A stretch of DNA of 63,056 bases, filler included, from Platydemus manokwari (lineage: Eukaryota): the NCBI GenBank assembly GCA_037951405.1. It is 6 parts of 6 records of this genome, joined end to end, with 100 filler letters (N's around TTAATTAATTAA, not from the genome) between each part and the next. Parts side by side here need not be neighbours in the genome. Positions count along the whole stretch, not along the records: positions 54,255 to 63,056 come from JBBMOY011347649.1; 5 more parts are not named here. One strand, written 5' to 3'. Below the pieces are notes generated by a model. The model ran no database searches. It worked only from the letters and a program-made list of their open reading frames with translations, and was not told the DNA's origin. Each line of letters starts with the position of its first letter. Positions within the stretch are counted from its first letter, which is position 1. Both the position numbers and the translations under genes were made by a program. Below are positions 54,255 through 63,056 of this stretch, piece after piece.

Positions 54255-56999
54255 GTAGATTTTGGAAGGGCCTGGATTTTTAAAAACTATTTATATAATT
54301 TAATAATATTATTTTAGAGTATTTTTGTACCAAGCACTTGTAAATGAATTTTGAATAAGAAAATAATATAGAGAAATAATTAAGTACCATTTTCTTTAAG
54401 AATTAATATTTGCTTGATGTAACTATTGACACCGAAACTCTACTGAGTTAAATAGAGAAATTGTATTTGATAGTTGTTTTATAAAAATGATGTGAACTAC
54501 ATGTAAAATTATGTTGCTATTCGAATACGGCTTAATAATTGCAGTTATTACTTAACAGTTGGATATATTTGGTAAGTAATTGCTTACATTTCTTGGTTCT
54601 CACTGATAAACACATGTAAGTATAATTATAAAATATATTTATAAGCTCTGTGTATAAAGAAGTCTAATAAACACAGTACAATCAAACCCTTAATAGATAA
54701 CTTTGCTCTCAAAAAGAAAATCTAGTCGTTGTACAATTTTGTAATTCTTTCTGGTAGAATATTTACAATACAACCTTTAAAGAATAATTCGTAACAGTTA
54801 TATGTTTATCATGTCTTTTGTTAAATAAATACAATTTTACTGCTCTCTAATGAGTTACTTTTATCATAATTTTGTATAACACTGATTATTAAAAATTTGT
54901 TTTTCATATTCATCTACTGGGTTTGTACATAGAGATTATTCAAAATTAAGATGCCTAATAAGATACATTTTAAAATACAAAATAAGAATGAAGATTTTTC
55001 ATACAATCTACGTGAAGAAGAATATTATATTATGCTTCAGACTAGCAGCCCAGATTCATGGCCGAATGCTCCAAGAACTCAGTGGATAGTAAGATCTGAT
55101 TAGGATTGTTCGCGTTCTCTATTAAGTATTATAAAAGATCTCCAGTGAATTGGAATCTATCCTCTTCCGTTGCTAAGGTAATTTTACCCATGTCTTTGGT
55201 TACTCTTTGTCACACATTATTATAGCATTGCATCATTTCATCAGATTAACGTTGGGGTATACTGTGTCGTGACCTCAAATAATATGTTTTCATATTTGAA
55301 TTATATCTACAAGTGCTCCAGATCAGGGTAGACATTGAGACAAACTAAATGTATTGTACGATACTATTTTTTTATTTTGTCTTTTTGGATAGTGTAAAAG
55401 GTATTGTTTTAATTAGCTAATTGGTTTTAAATTTAGATTTAAAAAGTAAACGATAAATAATTGTTAACATCAATATGAATAATAAATTTTTGTTACGATT
55501 ATAAGTCTATACCAATTTAGAAATACTTTTTCGGGATTTCCTATCAAAAAGACTCGGTTGTTCTAACTTACCAAGATTACTATATTTCCTTCGGAGTCCT
55601 ATTAGAGAAATCTCAAAATTCGAAATTAAAATCATTGTATTCATGAGTCTTAAGACTCCTTCTTAATGATCATCTAAATGTCGCCTATCGTTGGATTACA
55701 TGTTGAAGTTAAAAATCAATTTATCATCAAATTATTTAAAAACTAATGGGTTTATTAAATAAATATTTATTTAGTAAATGCAAACTATCTGATATCCTAC
55801 TTGAGAATTTTTACACAATCAATAAAATCGGATCGGATTTTATGTTTACGTTTAATACATGTTTATGTGTGTTCGATTAGCTGCTTACGCTTAATGCTGA
55901 AAGTTAAAATCGTAACGTGACAGTTTATGTAATACCTATTAATCTATTCTCACATATCTATTAATAATTAAATATTAGTAATAGTAAATCATCACTATTA
56001 GTCCAGAGGACATTGTCTATCACTGATATATCTTTTCTAGTCAGATATACCAGTTCCTGTCGAGATGCCGTTTTGCCATCATATTTTTAAAAATTGTGTA
56101 TTTGTTCCTTGAGCTATAAAGATCTGTTTTTGACAGCTATTATGATTCTGTTTTGGAACTGTGATTAACAAAATAAATGGCTCATATATCGTTGCTGCTC
56201 ATCTATTTATCGTATTAATATCTTATGGTCTTATCCTCACATCCAAGTATATTGATCTTACAAAAAATAAATTAAAATATTTATAATAAAAAATAAAATT
56301 ATTAAGAGTAATAATAATAATTAAAATTATTCAATGAATAAAATGAAATCTGATGAGGCAATTATGATCAAATTCAACCTAAAAAGGATAAAACATAGAA
56401 ACACAATTACCACTGGCACGGATGTATTTAACTTCATATGATTACAGAGGAATACATGATTATTTTAAAAAGGCAAGAAATACGAAATATTCATTTTGGA
56501 AATATGGTGCAAATTGAGTATGGAAAAAGTATTATATGACGAATTATGAATACGTAAAATGAAGATGTAAATTTCAAAAAATCATCAAAGTATTATAAGA
56601 GAGATAAGAAATGAAGATAAAACACCCTAAAGGTGAAACAAGAATAAGGTATCATGATCTTTTAAGTTGAAAATATAGCGGAACTTTTTGTAATAATTCT
56701 AATTTAAGTTATAAATCAAATTGCAATTTCTTTATTCTGTTGGGTTTATTAGGTTTATCGATTTAGTATAACTCGAATTAAAATAAGTTGAAGATTATAT
56801 GAGACAAATGAGCATTGGAACCCTATAAATAGAAAAGTTGAGCTCTCTTTTATTTTAAACTGATAATATTTAATTAGCACATTTGACTCCCAAAGGTGAA
56901 TGTAAATTATGAACTGTATATAAGGTTATATTATATTGGTTGAAGAAAGTCATTCATGTGGAGTAGTGGATGATGTCATACAGTTTATCGCGACTATAT

Positions 57000-58780
57000 T
57001 TTGAGAAGAAGTAAGTCTTGTCCGCGTTGGTGATTAGATTAGACATCAATTTGGAGTTTTCTTAGTTTACTAGTCTCTAATTTGTGTTTTGGTCCACCAG
57101 ATTGCTTTTGTACTTTTTTTATTGGAGGTGATTTTATCAGAAATCCAGTACAGTGCCGTAGTTAAGTCTGAAGAATCCGGTAGCCTGTATTTGACTAGAT
57201 TAGTTAGATATTTTATCATGAAAGTTCTGAATTCCTGGTCCAGCGCCTTTGTTTTGACTTGTTGTATTCTGAATTTGAATGTAAAAATATATTATAGGCT
57301 TGGAATTTCCGTGATGAATGTAGTATAGATACTGCTATTTATTTAAAATCGTAATAATTGATTGAAGAATATCATTGACTGGTGTATGTTTTGGAAGACC
57401 AAATGGGGCGTCTAGATATTTCTACAGGTTGGTGCTGCACTCAGTTGGCAGATTGTAAGATCAATACTGTTTAAGATGTTTTTGGTGAAATATCCGCATT
57501 TGTTGACAATGAGGTGTAGATGAATATCGGTAGCAAGATGAATGAAATGGTTCAACCTGAGTTCTAAGTTCACAATGGAGTTGGCCAGAAAGACTATGTC
57601 ATCTGCTGAGGTTAATGTTGAAAATTGATTATCATGCACTGTTAGACGCTCCGGGAGTGCTGTGGATGATTTTATTATGTCATTGAAAAAGGACATCCTT
57701 GTTTGACATTGTGATATATTGGTATTGGTGGTGTCTTTAGCTGACCCCAAGGATAAGTTGATTTGGTTTTCATATAGAGGGTTTTTATCATTTGGATGTA
57801 GCCCATTTTATCCACGGTATATTTGATGACCTCATGTGATAAGCTTGGGAATATTTGGAAGTCTTTGTTATGTTACGCTGCATCGATTGTTAATTCCGGT
57901 TGTGCTTGGATCCAAGGGGTTGCCATTGTTCAGTTTTGAGTATCCGATTCATTGGTGGTTTTGCCTGATGACAGCGGTCCCGTGATGTTTAGTGAGTTTT
58001 GGAAAGAAGTTATCCTTTTTGAGAGATCTAGAGATGTGCTCTGGATGTTATTTGGTTTGTTTTTTTGTTTATAATTAAATCCAAAATTCACCTGATAGTT
58101 GGGTTGTTTTTTGGTTTTGTTATATCCGAAGGAATTTGATTGGAAGATTATTTTTACTTGCTGCAACCACCGAGTTTTTGTCGATTTTATTTTCGTAAGC
58201 AAATAGGTTACCCTTGATGATGTTGTGAGTACTTATCGCCTGGTTATGCATATTAGTTTTTGTTAGCTATAGTGGATAAGGATACTATTCACAAAGTTGA
58301 CGCATTTTGCAATCTTGCCCTATTATTGGAAGCCAAAAGTCAGTCTTCTGGTGGTAGAACGTTATGTTGCATAAAGTTGTGATTGTAAATTTTGAAAGCA
58401 TTTCCTGAGATTCTTATCTGATTTTCATTTGGCGGGACGTTATCGTGCAAAAGAAGATGAACCTTCATTCTGTTTTGTCTGGGTATAAAAGCCTGTGATC
58501 TTTACTGGAACGTCTCTGGGCTTATGTCCAAAGATTTGTTGATGAGATTTCGATGTTGCATTTTTCTCAGTTGGTTGTCTGACCAGGTGACTCTCCGGAT
58601 GTGGTAGAGTCTGCATCAAACCTCTAGGAAAAGAACCTAAAGTTCATTTTGGTCATAGCTGGTGTATGACTTTGTCTGTGGTTCAGAGTTATTCAAGAGT
58701 TCATCGGTGAAACTTTTAGTACAAAATCAAAACAGTTGGGATCGATTTGAGTTCTATTCTATCTAGGTAATCTCAAACAA
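57000..58780 (-). mobile_element. Degenerate non-LTR retrotransposon (reverse transcriptase remnant)
   Basis: RMSFFNDIIKS...FSTLTSADDIVFLANSIVNLELRLNHF...IHLHLIVNKCGYF corresponds to RT motifs (SP.LFN, YADD, L.LN..KC). Boundaries approximate. Confidence 0.75.
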
Positions 58781-59714
58781 ACAAGCACCTTACACTGAAT
58801 GAACTTCTCTCTCTTATAACTACTAACATTATCAACGTATAAAAAACTACGTGAAAACATTTTCTGGTCTACCAATATTCATCACTCTAAATCCATACCC
58901 GTTCTCCAAGAAAGTTTGTTATGCTATCCCAAGTAACTCGTCGAATCTCAGTTCAGAACAGCTTTTTATGCCCTGTAAAACATCAAATGTAACTGGAGTC
59001 TTTGCGCAACTCTTTTCTCTAAAGCATTGGCTGGTTCCTTCAACTTAACAACTGACCAAATTGCACTATCGTCATCCGACTTGCTATACGAGTTTCCAAT
59101 CATCGAAGGCAAAGCCAAAATAAAATGCTATTTCAGATTTCAGCCGAAATTCAAGATAAAGCACACCAACTGTTTCACATATGCGCTCCACTTCTATGTT
59201 CATGCATCATTTACTCCAAAACTATCCAAGTCGAGGTCAAAGACATTAGTTCCAAATGGAAGAACTTCAACACCTTTTTGCAATAAATTTAGTTACCAAA
59301 CTTCAACAAAATACGTGCTCCAGGGTTATTTAGATATTGTTGTTGCGTAATAGGACGGTTAGTGTACACAGCTTGTTGCAATCTTTAGATGCTTAAAATA
59401 TCAAGCTATCACGTGAGGCAATTGATTCAAACTTAGATAGTTATTATTAAATATTTTGTAACAAGTCACTTTATTTTGAAATTCTTTGTTTTATACTTTG
59501 TTCTTCTATTAGAATTTATTAAATGGGGTAGATATTTAATAAATTACCAAAAAAGAAAAAATTATTTCAAAGTAACAGTTAACTTATTATTAATAATCTG
59601 TTTATTTATTTTTCGATATGACTTACAATGTTTATTCAACAAAATGCAAAAATGATTTTTCAAATATAAATCTATCGATTATTTATTCATTTTGATTCTA
59701 TAGTTATTCATAAA

Positions 59715-60343
59715 ATGCAGATAAATTCAAATGAAAATAACTTGGTCATTTTTATCGCAATGAGTCTGTTTTGTGTTGTCGGAGGTTTTCATGATCTTAC
59801 TTTTCTCAATGAAAAATTCAGTGAGTTTTATTTAATAAAATGTGAAAATGTTCGATTGTTGTTTGTGTTTTTATTTTCTTTAGAAATATTCTTTACACCT
59901 GGACCACCGATACCACCAGATAAAATATTTTGTTTTTCACGTTATTTTGATCAAATAGAAGGTGAATGTTACTATTGTTCGGTTAGATTTTGCTGTAGAA
60001 TAAAATAATTACGACAATTGTTCTTTAATTTATCAAATAGATTTATTTTGAATACCATTTCAAAAACGGTGGAGTTGTCAGCTCATTTCCATCCTGTATC
60101 AAGCATCAAGCACTGTTTCGCGATTACTTTTTCTTGCGCAATGAGGAAATGTTAATTGTCTACATACAATGTCGCGGCCATCAATGTAATACGTTGAAAA
60201 ATTTCTCGCTTGACAATATCAATTGGCGATGTGAATTCGGTCATTTCATGGTGTCAGATAATAATTTGAGCTTTCACATACGATGCAATATTCGTATTAT
60301 TGTCATTTTGCTTTGGATAAGAACTTTTATTTTCAAATTATAG
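59715..60343 (+). CDS. Three-exon Cys-rich Ly6/three-finger-like (possibly GPI-anchored) protein; start uncertain
   Basis: Exons 59715-59820, 59884-59981 and 60041-60343 are phase-consistent with GT-AG introns. Product ...SLFCVVG...IFCFSRY...ECYYCSIYF...PSCIK...IQCRGHQCN...IIVILLWIRTFIFKL has the C-x4-CN motif and a hydrophobic tail. Confidence 0.6.
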
Positions 60344-62815
60344 AAAACTTATAATTTAAAATATTCTTTCCAACAATGTATTATCGTGGAGAAATGATTC
60401 TCATTTTCCCAATTTTATTTGGAAATTTTCAAATCATCATTAAATATTTGATATTTTTGCTTTTGTTGTAAAATGATATTTAATCAGGCGAAAATAAACA
60501 CTCGGAAGAATACAACACACTAATTAATCATTTGCAGTGATTATGTGGAGAAGTTAGTTTTATATATATGCTTTAACCCTTTCACGACTTCATCTCTAAG
60601 TATATTTTTTTAAAATATATTCTACTGTGTGTAGAAATTCACAAATATATTTGACAATGGGTAATGTCAATAAAAATACAAATTAATTAAAATTCGACAT
60701 AAATAATAACTGAGAATTATTTTCAGAATCTAAAAAATCATTATATCCCGATGATGATTACGGTAGGTAGTCTGATAGGTAAGAAAATTTCATTGGTAAC
60801 CACCCAGTTGGTATCATGTCAGTTATGTGAGTCCATCAAATGGAAACCAGTAGTACTCAGCAAGAATAAAAACTTATTAACACATACGCAAGGAAAAAAC
60901 AAATATATGTTATTAGCAGAAATTTGATGTAACCGTTCAATGGCTATTATAATATCGCAATCTCAATTCACCAACGGCCTAAATGTGTATCTAATTTACA
61001 TTAAATTGATTAATTGCGTCGACTTAAGCGTCTAATTGAACTGCACTGAATTGGATAATTAACCGAATTATCAAGAGCTTCGTAAAGTAAACATTTTCAT
61101 ACTACAATATTATTAAAATTAAAAAAAAAACATCTACAGCCACTCTTTAATCAAATCCTTATTTAGAAGAATATTAACCTTTATCGTAAAAAACAATTCG
61201 TACCTTCTTATATATTTTTAATTTAGTTATCGGCATAGTTGTCGTCGATTTGATCGATGTATCAAATATTTATCTGTTAAAATTAATTATTGTATATTCG
61301 ATATTATCTATCTCTCTTCATATCATATGAATTTATCTGATCTTTATTGATGTATTATTTTACATTTATACACATCATTGTTATCGATTCGAGTCAGATA
61401 TTCCGTATGGTTAAACCTCAACAACTTCCTAAAGCTACCAAAACAATATTAAATCGATTTTTATCGATAATTAATAATTGAAAGACACTCTAATTTTGTA
61501 AACAATATTAATTGACAAATACCATGTTATTAATACATACATATACTTTCCGAATATTTCTTCTATAATTATAATTGTCCAATCTTAATGAAGAATTTAA
61601 AGACTAAAATCCTATTTTTAATTTTTACTCTCATTAATCTCTATTAGAGCAACATTTTTTAATTAACATCTTTTCTAGATGTTTTTTATTTCTCAAATAT
61701 TTATTAAAATAGATTTTTTGTATTAATAATATTTTTTATTAAAATACTTTACTCGTCTTAAATTTTATAATTAGCACAGTAATAAGTATTATAATTGTTC
61801 GCTAGATTTCATAACAAAATTTGGAAATTTGTAAAATGTAAAATTATATACTGATTAGTTACTAAATGTTAAAAGTAGTATAAAATCAAACGAAATATTA
61901 AAAATTATGAATTTGTTAATAATGGCGTATACAATGCAAAAACTAATCGAAATAGTCAGGTCTATTAATGGATCAAATATATCTGAACCGAGCTATTGTT
62001 TCACAGTGGGTAATAAAAGAGGATAACAACAATTAAAGCATTAATATGGGCGATAGATGTGATATGTAATAAACGATTTAAAACTGCATGTTTATTGCAG
62101 TCATTAAAAGAACAATGAGTCCAAAAAAATAATTATTACATTAATAATATTCTCGAACAGATTGATAAACAATATAATAAATGAGCAAATCCTTATTTAT
62201 TGCCACAACAAATTACAACCGGCGACTGTTACTCACCAAACATCCTAACTAGTGAGTAGCACTCGCACTTTATTGGCAGATTTTACTCATTAATACAACA
62301 GGACCCCGTCTCTATGTATACTCAGATATTTATTCATCAAACGATTCCGATAATTGACGATAACTCGTACTAGCCTTCTAACAGCATCATCAGTGTCATT
62401 TATTGTTCCAATTTGTTTTTCTAATCAACCTCACACAACGGAACTGCGACATCATTTGAGTAAGCCATTAGGGATTTCTTTAGATATTTATTTTCTCTTA
62501 CATTATCTTTCAGCGGTTGTTGATAATCAATTAATGAAAATATCAATAACGATCAACAATACAAACAACGAAAATGAAGTTGTCAATAAATATCGAAAAC
62601 AAATATCGAACGTTCAAATATTTTTTTGACAAATAAATCCATTTATTTTCTCGATGAGATTGATATATTATTATTATTGTTAATATTAGTATTATTAATA
62701 ATATTATTTTTTATTATTATAACTATTGTGACTGTTATCAATATTTATGGGAGTTTAAATATGGAATTTTAACACGGGGTTTATTAGATATTGGTAAAGA
62801 ACGTTAATGCTGTTC

Positions 62816-62915
62816 CGGTAATTGATGAGATAGACCAATGGTTTTCAACCTTCTTGCTGGAGAGGAACTCCATGGAAACATTCTTCTGGCTCGAGGAACC
62901 CTTATGCAATAATGT
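62816..62915 (+). mobile_element. hAT (Charlie/Buster-like) terminal fragment
   Basis: caatggttttcaacct...ggaaccc resembles the CAGTGGTT.YCAACCT hAT terminus. Confidence 0.55.
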
Positions 62916-62979
62916 AGCAAGTGTAATTATGTTAAATTCAGTATATTTAAACAATAACTGATAATAAAATAATACAAAT

Positions 62980-63056
62980 ACTGTAAAATCCCGAGTATAA
63001 GCTGCAGCGCGTATTAGCTGCAGATGACATATTTATAAAAATGTATTGAGGTTTTG
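62980..63056 (+). mobile_element. pogo/Tc2-like terminal repeat
   Basis: TA-ctgtaaaatcccgagtataagctgca.cgcgtattagctgca with duplicated gtat.agctgca sub-repeat. Confidence 0.5.

Noticed and set aside
60809-60822. tggtatca as a tRNA-Met primer-binding site
   Set aside because: Only 8 nt match and no adjacent LTR or gag evidence.
62354-62629. Possible two-exon gene end
   Set aside because: Splice-like signals are present but there is no recognisable product or upstream exon; insufficient support.

Overview
AT-rich eukaryotic (animal) DNA with short GT-AG introns, mostly 40-80 nt. It resembles a planarian-type flatworm genome, but that is inference. The window is six contigs joined by artificial N44-TTAATTAATTAA-N44 spacers, so adjacency across spacers is not evidence of linkage. 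Host genes reconstructed by hand: the 3' part of a DH-PH RhoGEF-like gene (284-8023, minus, 10 phase-consistent exons), a tandemly duplicated SAM-methyltransferase-like gene (23588-28810), ADAT3 tail-to-tail with EMC6 only 14 bp apart, a GH20 beta-hexosaminidase, a GPCR fragment and a Ly6/three-finger-like gene. The rest is transposon debris (mariner, pogo, hAT, Penelope-like, non-LTR RT). The standout is contig 2 (9105-22699). It holds a decayed Polinton/Maverick (A32-type packaging ATPase, PLA2-like domain, rve integrase, subterminal repeats, terminal ACTACT end) interleaved with a decayed retroelement-like polyprotein. That polyprotein carries an AT-hook, a signal peptide and a chuvirus-like (class III, gB-type) glycoprotein, followed by a ~540-codon orphan ORF, a purine tract and a probable long LTR.
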